Assembly (NCBI GenBank): GCA_902625455.1
Contig: CACOBL010000003.1
Coordinates: 406-64,405 of the forward strand
Length of the DNA: 64,000 nucleotides
Direction of reading: 5' to 3'
Source of the DNA: an uncultured Candidatus Actinomarina sp.
GTDB taxonomy: Bacteria > Actinomycetota > Acidimicrobiia > Actinomarinales > Actinomarinaceae
How positions within the stretch are numbered: the first letter of the stretch is position 1; each line of letters starts with the position of its first letter. Positions 58,101-64,000 of this stretch are shown here, one piece after another. The notes under the pieces were generated by a model. It worked only from the letters and a program-made list of their open reading frames with translations, was not told the DNA's origin and searched no databases. Made by a program: the position numbers and the translations under genes.

Positions 58101-60110
58101 GGTGCTTCAAAAGGATTTAATGCGCCTTCTGTACCTAGTGGAGGTTATGTTGATTGGAGATTTAGAGCGTCACTTGCATCCAATGATTTTGCTGGAGATT
58201 GGACGAATGATACTCATCCAGGATATTTAGCTCAATGTTTCCAATCTTCATCGCACGTTCATACTCTAGAATCTTGTATTGATGGAGAACAATACTCTAA
58301 ATTAACAATTACAAACAATGGTTCAACAACCCAGTATTACCAAGTTCAGATTCAAATTAATAATGGCAACTGGGAAACAAAATTCCCTTCAACTCCTATT
58401 GCAGGTGGACAGAATTTAGAATTTCAATGGCCAATCCAGCAGGGAGAGACTATAAGGTGGCAGTATGTCGCTTCAACGGATACTGATTTTAGCAATGACT
58501 CTCTTGTTCCATCACTTGCAAAGACCAATCAGTGTACACCAGTATTTAGCTTACAGACACAGACTGCTTGTGCTGATGCATCAACTTTAAACAATAATCA
58601 AGTAAATAACACAAAAGTTACTTTGACATTGAACAATACATCATCAGTTGATGGAAGTGTTACTGTACAATACAGATATTTACAAACTGATAACTGGAAG
58701 ACTTTAACTACAACTGCAATCTCTGCAGGAAATTCTACAAATGTTGACTATACATTAGTTGATCCATATGTTGAATTTCAATATGCTCCATTTGGAACAA
58801 CAAACTGGAGTAATAGTGGATTGGTTTATAAGGTTACTAATTGCGATACTCCAGGCAACCAATTAACTGCTACAAACACATTTATTTGTAGCGAAGACCA
58901 ACCATTTGGCCAAGTAAAAATTTCTAACTCAACAGTTACCAATCAAACTGTTACTTACTCATACTCTTTTGATGGAAATAGTTGGATTAATGAAAAGACC
59001 GTACTAATTCCAGCTAATACAACACACCTTAGTGATCTAATAAATGTTACAAAAGGTACACAAATTAGATGGAGATACAAGCCTACTAATTTAACTGATA
59101 ATGATTACAAAACTCTAACTGATACAGCACCAGTTAATTGTGATATCACGACAGATCAGCAGATAATTCATACACTTGGTACATGTGAAAATAATAAAGC
59201 TTTATCAATTATCAAAGTAACTAATCTTTCCAGCACACAGAAATCATATTTACTTGAATTCAAAGTTGATAATGGTGCGTTTGCCAGATATGAGACATTA
59301 ATTATTTCAGCGGGTGACAATACATCAAAGACTCTTGAAATTTCTGAAGGTCAAAATATCCAATGGAGAATAATTGATGCAACAAGTGATGCTTCTACAA
59401 GAGCTGTTGATGGTAACTGGGATACATCGACTGTACTTACACTTAGTTGTACAACTCCTCCTCCTACAATTCCTGAGAATAAATTTATTTTTGAACCATT
59501 AATCTCTACCAGCAGAGTTTGTAGTGAAGATGGTGGTGCAATGTTTGGTATCACTGTAGATAATTCAAGATCAAATGTTGATGCTGATGTTATACAAAGA
59601 GTATGGGTTGATAAATTTACAGTATTTGAAAAACAAGAAACTATCCCAGCAGGAGAGTCAATTCAATTCTCTAGTTTTGAAATCAGCGAAGATAAGTTCT
59701 TTACAGTTGAGTTTGAAGTTACAAATGTGAAGAATGACAAGACACAATCAATGGTTAAAAACAAGACCTCTGACTGCATTGATAATGGAATCAGTCCAAC
59801 CGATGAACAAAACCCAGTCGACGGTATTGAAGTTGAAAATCTTATTGATGGAACTGGTGATGATCAAGAAATGGGAGATAATGGAGATGATATATTCTTC
59901 CTACCAGGTGATGACTTTGTTGAATGGGTTTACGATGAAAATGCATCAGATATATCACCACCTCCATTATGCCCAGGTGACGCAAGTTGTAATAATGGTG
60001 GAGAAGACTTTGCTCCAACAGGTTCAAATGTAGGCAGATTAATAATTCTCTTAGGTTCTTTACTTATGATGGCAGGTGGTTTTATCCTAAGTAGAGGGTA
60101 CAGATTTTAA
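49131..60110 (+). CDS. Giant (~3659 aa) sortase-anchored surface protein: signal peptide, putative beta-propeller head, 28 Cys-bracketed ~100-150 aa modules, acidic spacer, FAPTG sorting signal
   Basis: Signal ending AYA|N; head ends NNSDGASC; recurring C..(T/S)xTxxN..Y/FxVEYSxDGGxxW..VxxG..IxWRY..C; FAPTG + hydrophobic helix + RGYRF tail. Confidence 0.88.
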   Translation: MNKYNFILFCLKVKTFFHAINYKKITTTTLHVLLFALVFISSWATPQEEAYANTTWECNDAAERAYFYKLDWEFTDNFFTISQYVATSTSTVNLDETQVSLSGLTVGGTSITGVKGINGLAMSPDGKMYVTITSSANGTDLFQINTNGSLTHLKNMGAYGTIGQLDFYQLPGGGGHYGFSSGEYVSKDGIDRIYFSQGAFDTDSDGNGSDIARPNSNMIYNVANGTTTTFPDPGFVSPINAADYAYVGDWDGYELVTYDAINNKIHRFDIDNPSNSSSIDPQTSAFSGASTVLSAFSYKTPQGEIRFIVDDTNGMRFEIVRNGTNNYSVTQKGSSFLTNNSDGASCGPNAYDPFSPTFKATLTACSNGFATPQLKITNNKTSTQYFDVDVSVDGGSFTNLVDGQSVTPGNDITLSANQEYDGRTIQFRMRYNSSNPSSGTYYNVGQQLTVSGCGNYTLATGSVATANGTCLGDGTSKPTITLTATGNATVFFDVEYKVGSSAWQALKDGEQVTVGSPETYEITSAVAHNSVVTFRYIVGASNPSSTNWTESSGVTVNCPVYSMTASLNSPSCTTNQPYKTYTMTVQNTGNQTHYVHIKGNINQTGQSGTESFIEYGTNITANSSRTFSFQMWHGVTPQIKWMHSTNYSSYNLFANGVNGSLTSNSSYGSYLKSGDSFLTLADSEVDCFYVGSGGSSNNSSSNYNQTTKTISQVCDAQGSAIARFTIKQRDAANDSFNGFIDVDYSTNGSSWSTLADGVAFNDGVTLTYDSPSTLSSGSTAYFRFRIDDTNPDSTAAWGIYTQAINCQADFSVSQTVTSCSASGQTTTLTITNNESQTIYFRAVPSKVGASNSETSSSNYEDDDIQLFSIAANTTYSHTTTKTYTYGVSSYIYWKVQGSFTQNPDWTNSTLHNFNYTSEVQTNCNPSTTGVYAMSACTNTGKTSTLTIQNNESVTIYVRIQPSEDQLSTTSYTSNSYYDNSPAAVVYAIPANTAYTYDANSRPGFQKTYTSDVGAHYYAHWRYQVSYVENVTWSSGPFPYVYVSQARSSADITSGYYGINCNQYETLPTSSYQYRFPDNTQTNSCINDQIWVSNQFYNNSSGNNEAYSKQWWIFEYSVDDGQNWSTANIFYRRHNSSTIHSPPSATNNNGWSATTTTGTYIEMTSYSYRYFTIGTRLADGSVVKLRYKRAFSQSDLANASYIELGSQNMSTADRTAECDVDLTDFIEGSGNTDVTVNGTVVSNLLTQGTCQNNVNTGFADTIFSIETDSGSAIYYLKLEKKVDGAENWTTVYTNYQLNANTLLQETAQLNHGQTIQYKLHLSPDTGDFSNATAYTTPVLTVNCPSTGAQLVFALGDCVSGGNKPVVTITNTGYLTAHYDVDYSIDQGSNWLDAFGTDVYKSVLPGESTTFTFTPTMTQGQTVALKYRHAPTAPVTSGAFTTVNNTILVDCDVNATIGDVLQVYTDATCYGGNQRFKVKIDNDETTSIQLQYRASEDGGSSWTHAGSVTVNASTDDYVTISVDFQHGDSVTFEFRTELTATSAYSTYTSKGPYTVSCNLDDYFTISTSYDGCASLGPDLLKLKLQKTQSTGNTYNYLHFDIEISHDGSTWNPFGPWIHHGYGSNETNYTNYGTSYYSNQYYSSAYPSHSGYVNIGTYTSSNANFSAFHFVDSSHAYKIRYRYYNSNSTSHDHTALMNLSWTTIDVAANLGCESNDIEPVTLVSTQQQCQENRGKVQFTFTDTTISHNDPYEAATLIYRYSTNGGTTYSNHTKVNLNNSTTFELPQSATLPNTTVITVQWGYIRDFNKINNYFDHIGSTNKNGLYTRMPTSTQNYNDGTLSTNFSTIVYENTTNISVDCDPDSTYSQTVTECVCSDSGANSTLTITNNENYTTYYKVMYSLDGGLTWQYSNPNIESAYDISVAAGASDSSQTVFVPDGKTITWRIKDTTNGGDFVGQDWETVDASETVDCGCSGGVVDLTLGSCGNGAATPTVTLDVNSTDTTYFKIEYKRSTDSDWIVYRAQETVTGGNDAQLQLDVTVPHSATIQVRYRISKSTSTLNTAELKYSDTLTVDCPFNTVSFTPNTPVCTTNNVQQPNMTVVNTTSSTSAAYVNVQYKIINTTTSEDLSAGTWANTTLMGDLLPANGAAYVTGDTINVSEGQKIIWRYEWSYTNTFAGSWTYDQTASFVNCVKDFTVTQTLGTCNAGVKASTVRLTNNETFATLYFKVERSFDNVNFTVVEGNVEVAPTGFQEVIVDVPHTKRVYWRVTATNISNNYTAAYATVASIVQSDLVECPVVAGTAEASLGNCVGGAQQSTFSFTNPISSNANAFFHIQYTLDGGSNWTTIVEEVQPGATEQKTIAVPSGQTIRWKYYPHTQVATPSGVAYVELTESAVSDCTFDTIETVAIGECDTNGEALSSYVIQNNTGTNLYYKIQYKIQGESVYTTVDDDFLLNANTTSTAFTKSVPSGKYIEWRYSVSNDLNLIAVATPKSPIQSATVNCSIIDPGFEIAQGSCRDGNKDAYFYAKNGAAATSDVYFQVEVSVNGEAYTSAGTIIVGPNSQATIEKTNLSNGNTIKWRYKTSKDNVTYSTDYSESSTMTITCLSGDDVSITIPTTCNSNGTKTATVTTVNNSSSDKFYLIEYSLEQSPSNWVSLTNNFGLVASNTNTQTKYLSEGEYFTIRYKISNTNTTSAFTGIDYIVSETKGPVNCSGDIEWRVALDACQSGKRDSVFYYLNKPSTGAPVYFLVEYSIDGGAWTNPKAGQTANYYTSLHTNSNEQSISVEVGSGSTIQWRFKDSLSTDAFANKSFTSGTPNGPLSVLCDGSISHNVTIGSCVDRKASSTLTLTNDGFVDVYVDVWISYDGGANWNNHATSQKVITTSPKVFTQNNITNGSVVKWKYKYASTSAAISSASDVLTDDKPAIDCDSLVTTQITYSHAFDSCADGERVGTFTINNPSTTNNTVYVEVQYRTKSSQSNNFWTPYTTLNVESIAAGASKGFNAPSVPSGGYVDWRFRASLASNDFAGDWTNDTHPGYLAQCFQSSSHVHTLESCIDGEQYSKLTITNNGSTTQYYQVQIQINNGNWETKFPSTPIAGGQNLEFQWPIQQGETIRWQYVASTDTDFSNDSLVPSLAKTNQCTPVFSLQTQTACADASTLNNNQVNNTKVTLTLNNTSSVDGSVTVQYRYLQTDNWKTLTTTAISAGNSTNVDYTLVDPYVEFQYAPFGTTNWSNSGLVYKVTNCDTPGNQLTATNTFICSEDQPFGQVKISNSTVTNQTVTYSYSFDGNSWINEKTVLIPANTTHLSDLINVTKGTQIRWRYKPTNLTDNDYKTLTDTAPVNCDITTDQQIIHTLGTCENNKALSIIKVTNLSSTQKSYLLEFKVDNGAFARYETLIISAGDNTSKTLEISEGQNIQWRIIDATSDASTRAVDGNWDTSTVLTLSCTTPPPTIPENKFIFEPLISTSRVCSEDGGAMFGITVDNSRSNVDADVIQRVWVDKFTVFEKQETIPAGESIQFSSFEISEDKFFTVEFEVTNVKNDKTQSMVKNKTSDCIDNGISPTDEQNPVDGIEVENLIDGTGDDQEMGDNGDDIFFLPGDDFVEWVYDENASDISPPPLCPGDASCNNGGEDFAPTGSNVGRLIILLGSLLMMAGGFILSRGYRF

Positions 60111-61741
60111 TGCAGTATTTTTTTGTATATCTTTTAATAATTATCATAAATATCGTCGCTGTATTAGCTGTTTTGCGTGTTAGAAGAAATAGACAAAATG
60201 ATCCAAATGTTATTACAGACGTAAAAGATAGTGATATTGTTTATGAATCAGATTCACCGCAACAAGAAAAAAGACCAGGCTTTTCCTCCAGATTCTCAAG
60301 AAATAGTAATTTGTCTTTAGGTTTTAATGAAATAGGAGATGACGAAAAAGAAGTAATCTATGGTGGAGATTTGCTTGAGCTTGCTGTTAAGAAAAAAGTT
60401 ATTAAAAAAAAAGGGAATTGGTACTTGTATGAAAACGAAAAAATTGCCTACGGAAAAGACAAAGCTAAATTCTATTTATTAGAAAATCCTGTAATTGCCT
60501 CTGAGATTAGCAATAGGGTTTATGGAACAATCAAAGTACAAAATAATGATATGTCCGTCGAAGAATCTTCAAACGAGCTAGCCGACCAATCTAACAACAT
60601 ACAGAATTTACAATCTGTAAATTTATTATCTCAAGAGTACGAAGTTGAGCTTGCTGAGGTATATGTAAAATCTAATACATTAAAAAAAGTGATTGAAAAC
60701 ACAATTGGCACTGAAGTATTAATAAGTATTGATATTAGTGAAAAGTTCAATCCCGTTTTAAATTCACCTGAGGTTTATGCAGCTGAAGTAATAGGTCTGC
60801 TTAATGAAATAGATTATATGATTGCAGCTGTAGAGAATGTTAGTAAAAACTCAAAATATCTAGGTATTGAAGTTGATGAAAAATTATTAAGAGAGAGACT
60901 CAATTTATTAATGTCTAGTCGTTTCTCGATTGTATTTACAAAAAAACCTGTTCTTAAGCATTTAAGTTTACCGATGTTGAATTTTAGAAATAGAGGAAGT
61001 AAACCATCAAGGGCAAGAACTGTAAATATATCCAATAACAGTGGTAAATCAGCAATGATTCCACTTGGCATTGGCTTACTAATAGTCGGTCTTTTTATAG
61101 TTATCTATTCAGTTACTCAAACATTCTTTTCCATGTCAGTCATTGAGGATGAGCAAAATCTCCTTAGCTTAAAATATGAACAAAATCAGGACACTTCATT
61201 GGAAGAATTAAGATTCATTAATTCTAATTCTATTGAAACAAATGTTTCTCTTGATGAGACAGGGGAGTTTCAAGAATCTGTTTTAAGCCTTGTTAGTAAA
61301 ACAATGACAAATGAAAATGCTAATGAGGAATTCTTACCGGATGTTGTAGGTAGATTAATAATATTTCCTTCAAAAGTTGACCATTATGTCGTCTATGGAT
61401 CTAGTTTAGAGAAATTAGAATTTGGACCGGGGTATTACATTTCAACAGCACTTCCTGGAACCGGCGGAAATTTTGCTATTGCAGGTCATAGAACAACATA
61501 TGGTGCTCCATTTAAAAATTTAGACAGATTAGAAACAGGAGATAATATTTACTTTCAAACTAATACTAATCAATACACATACACAGTAAGTGAAGTAAAA
61601 ATTGTAGACCCAAGTGAGACATACCTACTTTCATCATTCGGTGATGACAGAATTACATTAACAACATGTCACCCAAAATTTTCAGCTAGGCAAAGGTTAG
61701 TAGTCATTGGGATGTTGACAAAAGTTGAGGTGTTTGGATGA
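60110..61741 (+). CDS. Class E sortase with two TM helices and a cytoplasmic RecA C-terminal-like domain
   Basis: GNFAIAGHRTTYGAPF (H460), ITLTTCHPKFSARQRL (C520, R529); TM1 aa ~3-22, TM2 aa ~316-335; aa 84-137 resemble the RecA CTD. Confidence 0.9.
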   Translation: MQYFFVYLLIIIINIVAVLAVLRVRRNRQNDPNVITDVKDSDIVYESDSPQQEKRPGFSSRFSRNSNLSLGFNEIGDDEKEVIYGGDLLELAVKKKVIKKKGNWYLYENEKIAYGKDKAKFYLLENPVIASEISNRVYGTIKVQNNDMSVEESSNELADQSNNIQNLQSVNLLSQEYEVELAEVYVKSNTLKKVIENTIGTEVLISIDISEKFNPVLNSPEVYAAEVIGLLNEIDYMIAAVENVSKNSKYLGIEVDEKLLRERLNLLMSSRFSIVFTKKPVLKHLSLPMLNFRNRGSKPSRARTVNISNNSGKSAMIPLGIGLLIVGLFIVIYSVTQTFFSMSVIEDEQNLLSLKYEQNQDTSLEELRFINSNSIETNVSLDETGEFQESVLSLVSKTMTNENANEEFLPDVVGRLIIFPSKVDHYVVYGSSLEKLEFGPGYYISTALPGTGGNFAIAGHRTTYGAPFKNLDRLETGDNIYFQTNTNQYTYTVSEVKIVDPSETYLLSSFGDDRITLTTCHPKFSARQRLVVIGMLTKVEVFG

Positions 61742-63294
61742 AACTAAGAAAATATTTTTCGGTTTTTCTTATATTTTTATTTTTTATCAATGCTGGTGGA
61801 ATTGAAGATGCTGAGATAAAAATTACAGCCAATAGAGCAGATCAAGAAAATTTAGTTGTCTCGTGGTCAATAAATGGCGTAGAGAATGTAGACGATGTTA
61901 TTTTGGAAGTACTTTTTGAAAACCCATCTGCAGGACAAGTGGAGAATCCATTGATTGTTGACGACATAACAATGGATGAATTAACGAGTTCAAGAATTAT
62001 TCCATGGGACGGAAAATCTAAGTTATTGATTAAATTAAAAATATCTACTATGAATTTTGTTCAATATACAGGCGATGGCTGTAATCATACATTCTGTTTA
62101 AGAGAAAATATTGAGGAATTTGAGTCACAAGTATTTGAGATTGATGAAGTTCCTACACTACCTACAGTTCCAACAACCATTGTAGAAGTTACTCCACCAG
62201 AGCCAATGGATAACTCTACCGTTGGTAATATTGAATTCACAAATGCCTTAATAACCACTATTCCTTTATTTAGTGATATAGATTTCTCTAATCAAGCAAA
62301 AAATGCCTTCGCATTTGGAATAACTTCAATGATTATCTTTTTATTCTATGCTGTGCTCTTAGCTCAGGAATGGTTTAACAGAATTATTTCTCATTACAGA
62401 GTTAAGTGGACAAAAAAAGAGACTGTCTTACAAGAGAAAACTAGACTTGAAACATTTATGGAGATTTCGTTAATGGCAATGATTACATCACTTATATATG
62501 CTTTTGTTGAAGAAGGCTTTACGTTTTCTGTTGAACCACAGAATTTAGCTATTTTCTTGGGTGTGCTGTTTGGTTTGATTATCGTTACATTTTCATACGA
62601 GGGTATCGAATCTTTAATTGAATATTTTATTTATGATCAAAAGACAAGGTTTAGTTGGAATCCTCAAGCAATGTTCTTTGCAATTTTATCTACAGTTCTA
62701 TTTATAGTGATAGATCTTCCTTTTGGATTTATCTTGGGTTTCATAGCCTCACTTCATATAGTTTCAAATCGTGAACAAGCTGACTTATCGCCTAAATTTT
62801 ATTCCATGATTTCATTAGCAATAGTTGGATACTTATTCTTTTATGCAACTTCTTTTGATTCTGTTCAATCATCAGGTGTATTAATGGCAATTTGTAAATT
62901 GACTTATCTAATGTGCCTTGAGGGTGTGATATTTAAAGCTGTCCCATGGGGCGGTAATGAATTATTTGACGCAATAGGAGACTCAAAGGGCTTGAATCAA
63001 GCAATGCCTGTAGTTAGTTTTTTGATTAGTGTTTGGTTGTTTATAAGAATATTGGTACTACCACCAGATAGTGAATTTAATCAAATGCAACAGACACTTC
63101 TTCAGAGTGGTGCTTTAGCTTATAGATTTGCAATGGTCTTACTTTTCTATATTGCAATTATTTTAATTTTAGGAAACTTCATGAAAAAATATGCTGAGTT
63201 AAACCGACCTGTACATTTTAATGGCGACGAGATGGTTTCTGACAGTGAAATAGGTGAATTGATTGAGGATGAATTAGAGCAAACAATTCGATAA
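61738..63294 (+). CDS. Polytopic membrane protein with N-terminal secreted beta domain and Pro/Thr linker (possibly FGLLP-motif family)
   Basis: Signal/TM, ~110-aa beta-rich domain, PTLPTVPTT linker, then about 9-10 hydrophobic helices with LAQEWFN and PFGFILG. Confidence 0.6.
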   Translation: MKLRKYFSVFLIFLFFINAGGIEDAEIKITANRADQENLVVSWSINGVENVDDVILEVLFENPSAGQVENPLIVDDITMDELTSSRIIPWDGKSKLLIKLKISTMNFVQYTGDGCNHTFCLRENIEEFESQVFEIDEVPTLPTVPTTIVEVTPPEPMDNSTVGNIEFTNALITTIPLFSDIDFSNQAKNAFAFGITSMIIFLFYAVLLAQEWFNRIISHYRVKWTKKETVLQEKTRLETFMEISLMAMITSLIYAFVEEGFTFSVEPQNLAIFLGVLFGLIIVTFSYEGIESLIEYFIYDQKTRFSWNPQAMFFAILSTVLFIVIDLPFGFILGFIASLHIVSNREQADLSPKFYSMISLAIVGYLFFYATSFDSVQSSGVLMAICKLTYLMCLEGVIFKAVPWGGNELFDAIGDSKGLNQAMPVVSFLISVWLFIRILVLPPDSEFNQMQQTLLQSGALAYRFAMVLLFYIAIILILGNFMKKYAELNRPVHFNGDEMVSDSEIGELIEDELEQTIR

Positions 63295-63300
63295 ACCTGA

Positions 63301-64000
63301 ATGAGTAAAAGAACTAAATTAGTAGCTGCATCGATACTAAGTATTATTTTGTTTTTAGGTGTTTCGTACAACTATGTCTTAAATAATCCAGTTAGCGTTA
63401 CAGTTACTGCCTCTATTGGCACAACAACATCTACAACAACATCTACAACTTCAACTTCAACTACAACTACAACTACAACCACAACCACAACAACATCTAC
63501 TACTACAACTTCAACTACAACAACTGTTCCAACAACTACAACAACTATTCCAACAACGACAACCACCGTCGAAGTAAGTCCAGAAAAAGATTCTGTGACG
63601 ATAAATGATAATAACCCTGTAGATCCAACTCCTTATGAAGGTGTGTATGCAGCATTTGAAGGATTTGAAGGAGAAAATCAAAATCTACTAGATTCCTTAG
63701 TACAAAATCTTCCGGAAGTATATAAAGAAACATTATTAGAAAAAATATCATTTATAAATGGGTGTCATCTCTATGGAGTAGAAATGTTGGGCGAATGTCC
63801 ATTTGGTGTATGGGATTCAGCAGGCACATTTAAAAATGGAGATACCAATGCTGACTGGAAGTTGTCAGTTTGGGTATCAAATAGAGCTTTTAGGTCTAAT
63901 GTAGCTTTTGATACACTGCTCCATGAATCTTCTCATGCATTCTCTTATCTAAATAGAAACTGTATTGCACCAGATGGAACTAATAAAAGAAAACAAGCGC
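63301..64000 (+). CDS. Thr-stalked HExxH metallopeptidase, truncated by window end (absent from ORF track)
   Basis: MSKRTKLVAASILSIILFLG TM, ~50-aa Thr/Ser stalk, FEGFEG, NGCHLYG, CPFGVWD and LLHESSHAFSYL (63922-63936) motifs. Confidence 0.82.
   Translation, partial: MSKRTKLVAASILSIILFLGVSYNYVLNNPVSVTVTASIGTTTSTTTSTTSTSTTTTTTTTTTTTSTTTTSTTTTVPTTTTTIPTTTTTVEVSPEKDSVTINDNNPVDPTPYEGVYAAFEGFEGENQNLLDSLVQNLPEVYKETLLEKISFINGCHLYGVEMLGECPFGVWDSAGTFKNGDTNADWKLSVWVSNRAFRSNVAFDTLLHESSHAFSYLNRNCIAPDGTNKRKQA

Noticed and set aside
49131-60110. Diversity-generating retroelement target or horizontally acquired composition shift
   Set aside because: No reverse transcriptase or template/variable repeat pair seen. 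The apparent rise in C/A content can be explained by Thr/Ser/Asn-rich protein composition, and I could not compute codon statistics.
60110-60523. Decayed recA pseudogene next to a sortase
   Set aside because: One continuous ORF with TM helices on both sides; no Walker A/B or other RecA core remnants.
49131-61741. Classical sortase-assembled pilus operon
   Set aside because: No YPKN pilin motif or small pilin subunits seen; sortase motifs are class E-like rather than class C.
63372-63566. Val-rich antisense ORF and the many other short tracked ORFs opposite or within real genes (e.g. 703-927, 2336-2707, 9087-9416, 44096-44395, 50139-50408)
   Set aside because: Shadow ORFs of well-supported genes, with no independent motifs or initiation signals.

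Overview
AT-rich, very compact chromosome segment (overlapping or 0-10 nt junctions, many leaderless-looking starts). The gene content (F420 cofD/cofE, WhiB1, DUF3152, class E sortase, mycoredoxin-like protein, conserved pmm-ahcY-secA-prfB-ftsEX-smpB-ssrA and rsmI-tatD-rsmA-ispE-tRNA-Gln-glmU-prs blocks) suggests a streamlined low-GC actinobacterium, probably marine Ca. Actinomarinales; this is an inference. Most of 1-48.4 kb is housekeeping. It hides three things the ORF track misses or mis-calls: a +1 frameshifted prfB, an AhpD-like gene with an in-frame UGA in a CxxU motif followed by a SECIS-like hairpin (probable selenoprotein), and the tmRNA and tRNA-Gln genes. The standout is 48.4-64 kb, an apparently co-transcribed surface-display locus. 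It comprises TetR, a ~3660-aa sortase substrate (putative propeller head plus 28 two-cysteine beta-sandwich-like modules plus a FAPTG anchor), a class E sortase carrying a near-intact RecA C-terminal domain in its cytoplasmic loop, a polytopic membrane protein and a Thr-stalked HExxH metallopeptidase. A second surface protein (43.7 kb) carries an IF2-N-like domain, and its neighbour is a paralog of the same peptidase. All family assignments come from motif recognition and recalled sequences, not database searches.
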